The notes below the pieces were generated by a model. That model was not told where the DNA came from. It saw only the letters and a list, made by a program, of their open reading frames with translations, and made no database searches. This document shows positions 49,713-57,324 of a stretch of DNA of 64,000 bases, piece after piece. A program made the position numbers and the translations under genes. Numbering within the stretch: position 1 is the stretch's first letter; each line of letters starts with the position of its first letter. The DNA is from an uncultured Alphaproteobacteria bacterium (GTDB taxonomy: Bacteria > Pseudomonadota > Alphaproteobacteria > Rhizobiales > Xanthobacteraceae), in assembly GCA_963847785.1 (NCBI GenBank), contig CAWKBE010000010.1, forward strand, positions 66,831 through 130,830, written 5' to 3'.

Positions 49713-50807
49713 ATGTCAATCAGAAAGCGCAGTTGGGAGGGCGGTGGCGAGCAGAAAACCGCATGGGTCGTCGATTATGTTGATCAGCACGGCAAGCGCC
49801 GGCTGAAGACGTTCGATCTGAAAAAGGATGCCGATGCGTGGGCGACGAATGCTCTGCACGAAGTCGCGCAGGGCATTCACGCGCGCGATGTTAAGACCGC
49901 TATCACCGACATTGTTGATGCGTGGATCAGCCATTGCATTGACGAGGGCCTGGAACGCAGCACCATCGAGCAGCGGAAGCGGCATCTGAAATTGCACATC
50001 GCCCCATTCATCGGGCGAGTGAAATTGAGTGAGCTGACGACGCCGATGGTCAACCACTACATGGATCGGCTCCGCGACGCCGGGCGCTCAGTTGCCATGC
50101 GCCGGAAGATCCTGACAAGCCTCAGCACCGCGCTATCGTTCGCCCGCGGCCGCGGACTTGTCGCGCAGAATGTTGCCCTAGGCATTAAGGTCCGGTCGGA
50201 TGATAGGCACAAGGCCACCGGCCCGCTCAAGGCCGGGCGGGATTTTCCAACCAAGGCAGAATTAAAACTCCTGATCGATCGCGCGCCGGAACGCTGGCGC
50301 CCCTTCATCGTCACCGCGATTTTCACCGGCATGCGCGCCAGTGAGCTGCGCGGGCTGCGTTGGTGCGATGTCGATCTCGACGCCGGAACTATCCACGTGG
50401 CGCAGCGCGCGGATACGTGGGGCAAAATGGGGTCCCCGAAGTCGGCTGCGGGGACTAGGGATATTCCGCTGACACCGATGGTCGTCAATACGCTCCGGCA
50501 ATTGGAATCCGGGGGCGAGCTGGTATTCATGAATAACGCCGGCCGGGTTATCGCCTATAGCAATTTTCACACGTATGTTTGGCAGCCGCTGATCAAGCAC
50601 TGCGGACTGAGTCACGAATTTCACAGCCTTAGACATGCAGCAGCGAGCCTGTTTATCGAGCAGTTGGGCTGGTCGCCGAAGCGTATCCAAGCTGTGCTGG
50701 GTCATTCGTCCATCACCATGACTTACGACAGGTACGGGCATCTGTTCGAGAGCAAGGATGATGGCACCGCGATGAAGCGGCTGGAAGCTGCGATCATCGC
50801 CGCCTGA
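49713..50807 (+). CDS. tyrosine-type site-specific recombinase (phage integrase family)
   Basis: 364 aa with an N-terminal SAM-like/arm-binding part and a catalytic domain with TGMRASELRGLRW (Arg I), HSLRHAAAS (H-x-x-R) and GHSSITMTYDRYGH (His/Tyr). Confidence 0.92.
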   Translation: MSIRKRSWEGGGEQKTAWVVDYVDQHGKRRLKTFDLKKDADAWATNALHEVAQGIHARDVKTAITDIVDAWISHCIDEGLERSTIEQRKRHLKLHIAPFIGRVKLSELTTPMVNHYMDRLRDAGRSVAMRRKILTSLSTALSFARGRGLVAQNVALGIKVRSDDRHKATGPLKAGRDFPTKAELKLLIDRAPERWRPFIVTAIFTGMRASELRGLRWCDVDLDAGTIHVAQRADTWGKMGSPKSAAGTRDIPLTPMVVNTLRQLESGGELVFMNNAGRVIAYSNFHTYVWQPLIKHCGLSHEFHSLRHAAASLFIEQLGWSPKRIQAVLGHSSITMTYDRYGHLFESKDDGTAMKRLEAAIIAA

Positions 50808-50879
50808 CCGCCGTTGCCCAACGTGTCATGCACTCTCTAAATTGGTTTATTTGCTTCCGTGGACGCACCTCACCCATCT

Positions 50880-50911
50880 TAAGTAAGTAAGTAAGTAAGT
50901 AAGACAGTAAG
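50880..50911. repeat. tetranucleotide microsatellite (TAAG)6 + ACAG + TAAG
   Basis: Six perfect tandem TAAG units at 50880-50903 and one more at 50908-50911, 73 bp after the integrase stop. Gives stop codons in all three forward frames. Confidence 0.95.
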
Positions 50912-51313
50912 ATAAACCCGAGCCGTGTCCGGTGGTGAGATCGGAGTGACTCGGAAAAGCAAGACTTAGGCACAGTGAAGCGCCTTTATCTGCTTTCCGA
51001 GGGACTGTCTGTCCGTATGGAGCCGACCGTCGCTTATCGGAAGCCGCCCGCTTTCTGGCTTGCGCGGACAAACTAGGGCGTCTTCTTCAAACAAGCCGTT
51101 TGCCAGTGGTGGGCACGCCCTCATCTTTCGATGAGCAAGACCCACGGCGCCTATCACTAGTCTCACCTAAGCGCCTCTCGGCCCGCAACTGCACGCCTTT
51201 TATAACGAGTAACGTCATTTTACAGGTGGGGCCCAAGATCAAAACCGATCATCGCGGCTCTGCTCGATTCGCGCCGCACCGTATGATCAACAAACGCCCG
51301 CGCGCGGCGCGCA

Positions 51314-51349
51314 ATGAAGCGGCTGGAAGCGGCAATTGTTGCGGCCTAG
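51314..51349 (+). pseudogene. orphan copy of an integrase gene 3' end (last 11 codons)
   Basis: ATGAAGCGGCTGGAAGCGGCAATTGTTGCGGCCTAG (MKRLEAAIVAA-stop) versus integrase 50772-50807 ATGAAGCGGCTGGAAGCTGCGATCATCGCCGCCTGA (MKRLEAAIIAA-stop). A stop lies 10 codons upstream, so only the tail survives. Confidence 0.7.
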
Positions 51350-51656
51350 AAATTTGCATTCGGTGCGATGCCGTGGTACCAAATTGGAGTCGGCATCCAC
51401 GCAAAGGGTGCCGGTCGGATGAACCTCGAGGACCGAAAGACGGATCGGGGCGAACGACAGTGCGGCACTCCAACGCCGCAAGGTAGGCTCCCGCCGACAG
51501 AAGGGGAGATCGGATGGTCGAGCCCGGACTAACCCAGCCGGAGCCATCCCAGCGAAAATCGGGTTAGCGATCGTCGTCCAAAGGCGGTCGGGCCATCCCA
51601 GCCTAGCGGGAATTGCGAAGCAGCAATTCATCACGCTTCCGGCCTGGGAGAATGTC

Positions 51657-51902
51657 ATGTCGCCGACCGTTGACCGCGAGCGAGATCGCGGGGAAACCCA
51701 ACTAAAGATGGTGTGGGGCGCCGCAGCCATCGGCGCCGTCATTAGCCGCGATCCCCGTCAAACCTATTACCTGCTGGAAAACGGCCTGATCCAAAGCGCC
51801 AAGCGGATCGGCAGGCAGTGGGTCGCCAACGAAGACGATCTGCGGCGCGAATTTTCAAACGCCCGCGACGAGACATGCGCGCCGGCGACGGTGCGGTCAT
51901 GA
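51657..51902 (+). CDS. excisionase/AlpA-like helix-turn-helix DNA-binding protein
   Basis: 81 aa with GGGAGA RBS. MVWGAAAIGAVISRDPRQTYYLLENGLIQSAKRIGRQWVANEDDLRREF fits the HTH_17/Xis pattern. Confidence 0.65.
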   Translation: MSPTVDRERDRGETQLKMVWGAAAIGAVISRDPRQTYYLLENGLIQSAKRIGRQWVANEDDLRREFSNARDETCAPATVRS

Positions 51903-52135
51903 GCGACGCTGTAGAGGTGGACGGCGAGCATACGGCTGTATTCTTCGGGCCCGGCGAGCAGCCGCTAATCGCCATCGAATATTACCCGGAAGCTGGAGTG
52001 TGGGGCTGGCATCTGGTGCAGCATCCAGACCTTGGCGCAGTTCCGTTCGACTCGAAAGAGGAGGCTATGGCGGACGCTAGCGCCGTCTTCGCCCGCTTCG
52101 GATGGCGCTGTGCCAGTTGGGGGTCGGCGCAATGA
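51899..52135 (+). CDS. hypothetical protein
   Basis: 78 aa. Its ATG overlaps the previous stop (ATGA). No recognisable domain. Confidence 0.5.
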   Translation: MSDAVEVDGEHTAVFFGPGEQPLIAIEYYPEAGVWGWHLVQHPDLGAVPFDSKEEAMADASAVFARFGWRCASWGSAQ

Positions 52136-52236
52136 GCGACGAGCGGTTCACCCAGATCGTCAGCGATCTTGTCGCGCGTGCCGCGGCGGGTTCTCTTTTT
52201 CAGCGCGTGACCCCGTCGGTAAACGCGAGGCGTTGA
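52132..52236 (+). CDS. hypothetical small protein (34 aa)
   Basis: ATGA overlap with the preceding ORF (MSDERFTQIVSDLVARAAAGSLFQRVTPSVNARR). Below the track threshold. Supported only by translational coupling. Confidence 0.3.
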   Translation: MSDERFTQIVSDLVARAAAGSLFQRVTPSVNARR

Positions 52237-52269
52237 TGCGCTGAAATCTATAAACCCTTGGTGCTCTTA

Positions 52270-53718
52270 ATGTTTCCAGAGCACGACGACCCGCTGACTT
52301 ACGAGGACCTGCAGGCGCTCGCCGCCGATCTCGGCCGGCCGTTGAAGACGCTATTTGCCCAGGCCGACTCCACTGACCCCTGGATGGCCGGAGTGCCGGC
52401 GCGCAAAGCCAAGGCGGAATGGCTCGCCGCTCTCTGGCGGCAATATGGCGCCGCTCCAGGAACGCACATCCGGCGCTTCCATTATTTGCTGGTCTCGCAA
52501 CCGGACGTGCGGATGCCGGAAGGCGAGCGCTACCTCAACACCGACGAGTGCTACAAATTTCTCACCGCTGCCTCAATCGCCGCGCGGCACCTCGACCTTA
52601 TCGACGCGCGCGACGTCGCCGACCAGCGCAACGAACCGGCAAAAATCAATTACGACGCCGAGGAGAAGGAGGCCGCGGTCGACGTCGATGGTGACCTTGA
52701 TCGATACGCGGCGCCGGAGTTCGAGCTCCCGACGCTCACAGTCACCGCGCCGAAGATCCCACAGCCCTATGTCGTCTCAATCTGGATCGAGAAGTCCACC
52801 ATGAACGACGTCATCGATCCGCTGGCCGCGCGCTACGGCGTCAACGTGCTCCCCGGTACCGGCGAGACCTCGATCACGCGCTGTATCGAACTCGCCGATC
52901 GTGCCGACGCGGTCGGGCGCCCTGTGCGCGTCCTCTACGTCACCGACTTTGATCCGGCCGGTCGGTCCATGCCGCTCGCGGCCGCGCGTAAGATCGAGTT
53001 TGAACTGCGCAAGAACATGCCCCACCTCGACGTCCAAGTACGCGATATCGCGCTGACGCTTGAGCAGTGTCGCCGATATCGTCTACCGCGGACGCCGATC
53101 AAGAAAGGCGAGAGCCGCGGTGCCAAATTCGAAGCGCGCTTCGGCGAGGGCGCAACCGAGCTCGACGCGCTCGAAGCACTACATCCCGGTGAACTGGCGC
53201 GGATTCTGGAACGCGAGATACTTCGCTATTACGACACCGATCTTGCCACCGAGGTTGAGAGCGTCAGGAGCGAAGCCCAGACCGAGCTCGGCCGCATCAC
53301 TACCGAGGTTCACGATCAGCACGTCGATCAGATCCAGGAATTGCGCGACGAGCACGAAAGGGTGCTGGCGGCGGTCAACGCCTACAGGGTAAAGGCGCGG
53401 CCGATCTTCGAGCTGATCCGGACCGACCTTGAGAGCGCGGCGCCGAGCTTCGATTGGCCCGATGGCAGTTTTGCGGCCGCCGAGGACGAAGACCCGCTGT
53501 TTGATTCAACGCGTGATTACATCGAGCAGATCGATCGTTACAAAGAACACAAGAACGAGCCGACCGAGCGCTGGTCCGAAACGCGCGTCTGCGCGCACTG
53601 CAAAGCAAAGTTCACCGCGCTCAAGAGCCACGCGCGGTTCTGCAGCAAAAAATGCGGCAATGATTGGCATTATCAGCAGCAGCCGTTAAAGCGGCAACGG
53701 AAGGCAGCGCGGCCATGA
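52270..53718 (+). CDS. Top6A/Spo11-like protein: putative 5Y-CAP + Toprim domains, coiled coil and C-terminal zinc ribbon
   Basis: HIRRFHYLLV (R-x-x-x-Y as in the Top6A/Spo11 catalytic Tyr motif, Tyr at 52483-52485). About 100 aa later comes VSIWIEKSTMNDV (Toprim Glu), LPGTGETSITRCIEL and VLYVTDFDPAGRSM (DxDPxG, 52945-52962). C-terminal CAHCKAKF...RFCSKKCGNDWHY. Start ATG 52270 (TTG 52258/GTG 52261 also possible). Confidence 0.55.
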   Translation: MFPEHDDPLTYEDLQALAADLGRPLKTLFAQADSTDPWMAGVPARKAKAEWLAALWRQYGAAPGTHIRRFHYLLVSQPDVRMPEGERYLNTDECYKFLTAASIAARHLDLIDARDVADQRNEPAKINYDAEEKEAAVDVDGDLDRYAAPEFELPTLTVTAPKIPQPYVVSIWIEKSTMNDVIDPLAARYGVNVLPGTGETSITRCIELADRADAVGRPVRVLYVTDFDPAGRSMPLAAARKIEFELRKNMPHLDVQVRDIALTLEQCRRYRLPRTPIKKGESRGAKFEARFGEGATELDALEALHPGELARILEREILRYYDTDLATEVESVRSEAQTELGRITTEVHDQHVDQIQELRDEHERVLAAVNAYRVKARPIFELIRTDLESAAPSFDWPDGSFAAAEDEDPLFDSTRDYIEQIDRYKEHKNEPTERWSETRVCAHCKAKFTALKSHARFCSKKCGNDWHYQQQPLKRQRKAARP

Positions 53719-54065
53719 CCCGGCGGCGCTCCCTGATCAACAAAACAGAGAGAACCATGACTAAAAAAGATGACCAACACATTTTGACCTATCGGGTGGG
53801 AAAATGGCCGATAGCTAAAAAAGATGACGTGTGGACCTATCGGCGGGTGAACCTAGCGCGCGAGAACCCCGAGAAGCCTGTCGTTGACGAGGATACCGGC
53901 GCGCGGATACCCGATCGCGAGTGCGTGACAGCTTCCGGGGCACTGCTGGCAACAGCACCTTGGCGGATGCGGGTGATTGCATTTTTCTACCTCAACTTTC
54001 TTCGGCTGCGCGGTCACGGCCTGAACCCCTTTTATTGGTGGTGGATTTTCAGGGGTAAACCGTGA
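53715..54065 (+). CDS. hypothetical protein with C-terminal hydrophobic helix
   Basis: ATGA overlap with the previous gene. 116 aa with an APWRMRVIAFFYLNFLRL helix. No known domain. Confidence 0.45.
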   Translation: MTRRRSLINKTERTMTKKDDQHILTYRVGKWPIAKKDDVWTYRRVNLARENPEKPVVDEDTGARIPDRECVTASGALLATAPWRMRVIAFFYLNFLRLRGHGLNPFYWWWIFRGKP

Positions 54066-54084
54066 AGACGTTTCGCGCTGCATA

Positions 54085-54288
54085 ATGACTAGTTTCAAAA
54101 TAGTGCCGCGGCCATGGCTGAGCCCGGAGTTACTAGCGGCCTACGCCGCCTTTGATGACGCCGAGACGCCGGCGGAGCTCGACGCCGCCTATGATGCACA
54201 TTGGTCCCGCATCACGATCCCCGAGGAGCAACTTAGCTTCGAACTTCAGTACATCTTCGAGGTCGAGCGCATGGGTTACATATTATGA
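54085..54288 (+). CDS. hypothetical small acidic protein
   Basis: 67 aa, Asp/Glu-rich (AAFDDAETPAELDAAYDAH...IPEEQLSFELQYIFEVE), immediately upstream of the RNAP gene. Confidence 0.45.
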   Translation: MTSFKIVPRPWLSPELLAAYAAFDDAETPAELDAAYDAHWSRITIPEEQLSFELQYIFEVERMGYIL

Positions 54289-54376
54289 CCCGGCGGCTGC
54301 GGAGGGCGCTGCGGGAGCGGGTGTCGTGACCTGGCGACTGTGGGTACATTTTCCACTAGAGTAGAGAGAAAGCGTC

Positions 54377-56722
54377 GTGCCTGGTAAGGGCCATATTCGG
54401 GGCTGGAATCGTAAGCGGAAACAGCGCCGCCTAGCCGCCGACGTACGACTTTCCGTTGAGCTGTTCGGCCAGTACTTGGCCGACTTCCTCTCCCAGCCGC
54501 CAGTGGATGACGTGGAGGCACAACGGGACGAATGGCGGCCCACACGGCCGCCTGGAGATTTGGGTGCGTTGGTGTCCAAGTTAGAGCCGTCTGACCTAGC
54601 GCAGGCGGTATTGGCACCACTTTTACACCGTATTCATTCGGGTTGGGCGGGCGGCAAAATCAAGAAAGGCCAGCGCGACCGTCACCGCGCCGAACTGTGT
54701 GAGATCGTTGGGCGCCATGTCCACCGGCTTTTATTGTATCGGCATTTGATCGAGACCGGCACGCACCGACCCCTATTGGCCGCAATCACCAAACCCAAGC
54801 GCCGCAAGTATCCCAAGGGTGCGCCGCGGCCACCGCGCGGGCGACCGAAGAAGGTTCGAACGGCCTTTCAATTTGATGATTGGGTTGACATTGACTTCGT
54901 CTATGTCGGCGACTGGTTGGTTGACTGCGCCACGAGTCTCGACTGCTTTGACTTCAACGAATACGGGCTTCCTTGCATTGCCGAGCATTGGAAGGCGGAA
55001 ATTCGCGACCTGTACCGTGAGGCGCTTCGCGGGCCTATCACCGTACTGCCGAGGCGGGAGCCGCCACCGTTACGTACTGGGTGGTACAACGACCGAGGTG
55101 TGGCGTTCTGCAACCGCCTTGAGGCACGCGAGGCTATTGATGACGCCTTCAAGAAGACCATCACCATACTCGACGAGAGCAGGATTACGTTTAACGAGAA
55201 CCTGGAAGCGAACAAGGAAAGCATGGTTGAGACCGAAGTCCCCGGCGATTTCGTTAGGCAGCACGTTGCCGGCATCCACGCCTTGGAGTGCGTGCCGCTG
55301 CGTATCGATCCGCTAATGCGCGATCTGGTAGAGCAGTTTGGCACCGATGCTAAGAAGCGTCGAAAGATTGGCTGGAAGCTGGAGCGTGACCGCTTCGCCG
55401 TTCGCGGCGATCTTGACCATGCCGATGCGCTCGGCGAAGAAACCTTTCATATCGAATATGGGGTTGACTACCGCGGCCGGCTTGATCCCGTGACACATCT
55501 CCACTTCGCTCGCGACGATCGCATCCGCAGCCTGTTCCGGTTTGCCAACGGCAAGCGGTTAGGTGGGCGTCTCGCCGGGCGAGCAGGTGGTTTCACCGAT
55601 CTAGAAATGTTGGAGTTCAACATCGCTAACCGTTATGGCGTCGTCGACAAGAAGCCGTGGGCTGATCGACTAGCGTGGGTACGCGAGCACGCCGGCATGA
55701 TCGAGGAGGTCGCGGCGCGGCCATTCAGTTCGTCCAGTTTGTGGTCGAAGGCAGACGAGCCGTTTCAGTTCGTCAGTGCGTGCCGTGAGTGGATGGCGGC
55801 GCGCGAGGACCCTAACTTTGAGACAACACTGCCACTCTGTTGGGACGGAAGTTCTAATGGTTTTCAGCACAAAGTTATGCTCTCCCGCGATCACGAGGGT
55901 GCTGTTTACGTCAACCTGGTTAACGCCCCGTCTGGCCAACCGCAGGATATTTACCTGCACGTTGCCAAAGGCGTCATCGAGAAACTGCATGAGACCACCG
56001 ACAAGGAGGCGGCGTGGTGGCGCGAGCGTATTGGCAATTGGTCGCAACAGGATTTGCGAAAACTATTTAAGCAGCCGGTCATGACGATTCCCTACAACGC
56101 CGACCGCAGTATCCCTTCAGGCATATCGAAGGCGCTTCAGTCCATAGACCGGGGTGAGAAGCCACCGGACGGTCATGCGGGATATCTACAACGGATGATG
56201 ATGGGTGTTGTTCAAGATTTGATGCCGCGCGCCATGGAGCTGCGGTCGTGGATAACAAAACTCGCCACCCAGTGCAGTATTGAGGGGCGCTATGTCAAAT
56301 GGGTTAGTCCCAGCGGATTTCCGGTTGAGAACCACCACGAGACGCTCTCAATTGGATGCGTCTACGGTATAGATGGCACAAAATTCAACGTCACCAAGCC
56401 CGGTGGACTTGATACCGTAGGCTGCGTGAATGGCCTCGTTCCTAACTTTATTCACTCGCTGGAAGTTGCACATTTAGTTCGGGTTGCGTGTGCCACAAAG
56501 GCGGAGGGTATCGAAACGCTACCACTCCACGACTGCTACGCCGCCCTGGCGCCAGACGGCAGCGCCCTGCACCGGATTATTCGGCGCGAGTTGTTTCTGA
56601 TGTACCGTGAAAGAGACTACATCCACGAGCTGCGCGCCGCCAACGGTGTGGTGATGCCACTGCCACCATACGGGGATCTGAACCTCGAACTCATACCTGA
56701 CGCAGAATACAGTTTTGCTTGA
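54377..56722 (+). CDS. single-subunit DNA-dependent RNA polymerase, T7/T3/SP6 (phage-type) family
   Basis: 781 aa. LPLCWDGSSNGFQHKVMLSRD...VNLV...QDIYLHVAKGV (motif A). RKLFKQPVMTIPYN (motif B). KWVSPSGFPVENHHE, VPNFIHSLEVAHL, LPLHDCYA (motif C), and tail PLPPYGDLNLELIPDAEYSFA versus T7 ...PALPAKGNLNLRDILESDFAFA (T7 sequence from memory). Confidence 0.93.
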   Translation: MPGKGHIRGWNRKRKQRRLAADVRLSVELFGQYLADFLSQPPVDDVEAQRDEWRPTRPPGDLGALVSKLEPSDLAQAVLAPLLHRIHSGWAGGKIKKGQRDRHRAELCEIVGRHVHRLLLYRHLIETGTHRPLLAAITKPKRRKYPKGAPRPPRGRPKKVRTAFQFDDWVDIDFVYVGDWLVDCATSLDCFDFNEYGLPCIAEHWKAEIRDLYREALRGPITVLPRREPPPLRTGWYNDRGVAFCNRLEAREAIDDAFKKTITILDESRITFNENLEANKESMVETEVPGDFVRQHVAGIHALECVPLRIDPLMRDLVEQFGTDAKKRRKIGWKLERDRFAVRGDLDHADALGEETFHIEYGVDYRGRLDPVTHLHFARDDRIRSLFRFANGKRLGGRLAGRAGGFTDLEMLEFNIANRYGVVDKKPWADRLAWVREHAGMIEEVAARPFSSSSLWSKADEPFQFVSACREWMAAREDPNFETTLPLCWDGSSNGFQHKVMLSRDHEGAVYVNLVNAPSGQPQDIYLHVAKGVIEKLHETTDKEAAWWRERIGNWSQQDLRKLFKQPVMTIPYNADRSIPSGISKALQSIDRGEKPPDGHAGYLQRMMMGVVQDLMPRAMELRSWITKLATQCSIEGRYVKWVSPSGFPVENHHETLSIGCVYGIDGTKFNVTKPGGLDTVGCVNGLVPNFIHSLEVAHLVRVACATKAEGIETLPLHDCYAALAPDGSALHRIIRRELFLMYRERDYIHELRAANGVVMPLPPYGDLNLELIPDAEYSFA

Positions 56723-56730
56723 GGAATCGC

Positions 56731-56946
56731 ATGACAAGAGTTCAACAAATAATCGATCAGCTCGAAGAGTTGCATCGGCAAGCGCACGAAATCTTCGACG
56801 CGCGCGTTGAGGTTATTTTAGCCGGACAACCCTATGGTACGAGTCTCGGCGCAACCAAGGTGAATTGCATCTTTGCGCCGGCTGGACGGACGCTCGACTA
56901 CATCAAGGCGTTGAAGAACTTGCGGGACGGAAAGACCGCAAAGTAG
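56731..56946 (+). CDS. hypothetical protein
   Basis: 71 aa from ATG 56731, just after the RNAP stop (MTRVQQIIDQLEELHRQAHEIF...). Followed by a strong hairpin. Confidence 0.45.
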   Translation: MTRVQQIIDQLEELHRQAHEIFDARVEVILAGQPYGTSLGATKVNCIFAPAGRTLDYIKALKNLRDGKTAK

Positions 56947-56972
56947 CCGCCTACAATAGTTCATCCAGTAAC

Positions 56973-56995
56973 AAGGCCCGCCTCGCGCGGGCCTT
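56973..56995 (+). terminator. stem-loop terminator candidate
   Basis: AAGGCCCGC-CTCGC-GCGGGCCTT, a perfect 9-bp stem 27 nt after the stop at 56946. Only a weak T tract follows (CGCATTTCTG). Confidence 0.5.
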
Positions 56996-57086
56996 CGCAT
57001 TTCTGCGTCAACCGACGCGGAAACACGCCGGCATTGTGTCGGCATTCTAAATCAACGGCCCTGCAGCACGGGGCGATGGTGGACCT

Positions 57087-57251
57087 ATGCATTACATCAA
57101 TCTTAGCAGTGGGCGCTGTCTGCATTGCGAAGCCACTGCGTTCCGATCAACGAAAACCCTGGCTTATTGCTTGGTGTGCGGCGTTCTCTTTAGGCGCTCG
57201 CACGAGCCGAGCCAGCTTGCATTCAATCTAACCTCTTTGGCCTCTACCTGA
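57087..57251 (+). CDS. possible small zinc-ribbon protein (54 aa)
   Basis: MHYINLSSGRCLHCEATAFRSTKTLAYCLVCGVLFRR... with CxxC-x13-CxxC. Not in the track (<60 aa) and no clear RBS. Confidence 0.25.
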   Translation: MHYINLSSGRCLHCEATAFRSTKTLAYCLVCGVLFRRSHEPSQLAFNLTSLAST

Positions 57252-57324
57252 GGCGAAACGTTGTCGCGCGCCCGGTGCCGCTCGACGATGCGTTTAATGC
57301 ACCGAATCACGAAAGCAGAAAACC

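Noticed and set aside
50880-50911. (TAAG)n and TAACTAACTAA all-frame stops as evidence of an engineered/vector insert
   Set aside because: No other vector hallmarks (no resistance cassette, MCS or common ori). The surrounding genes are divergent natural phage-like genes with native-looking overlaps.
51100-51486. 128-aa ORF in the int-xis spacer (and minus-strand ORFs 51249-51742)
   Set aside because: No RBS and no domain. It crosses the integrase-tail remnant in the wrong frame. The composition suggests non-coding DNA.
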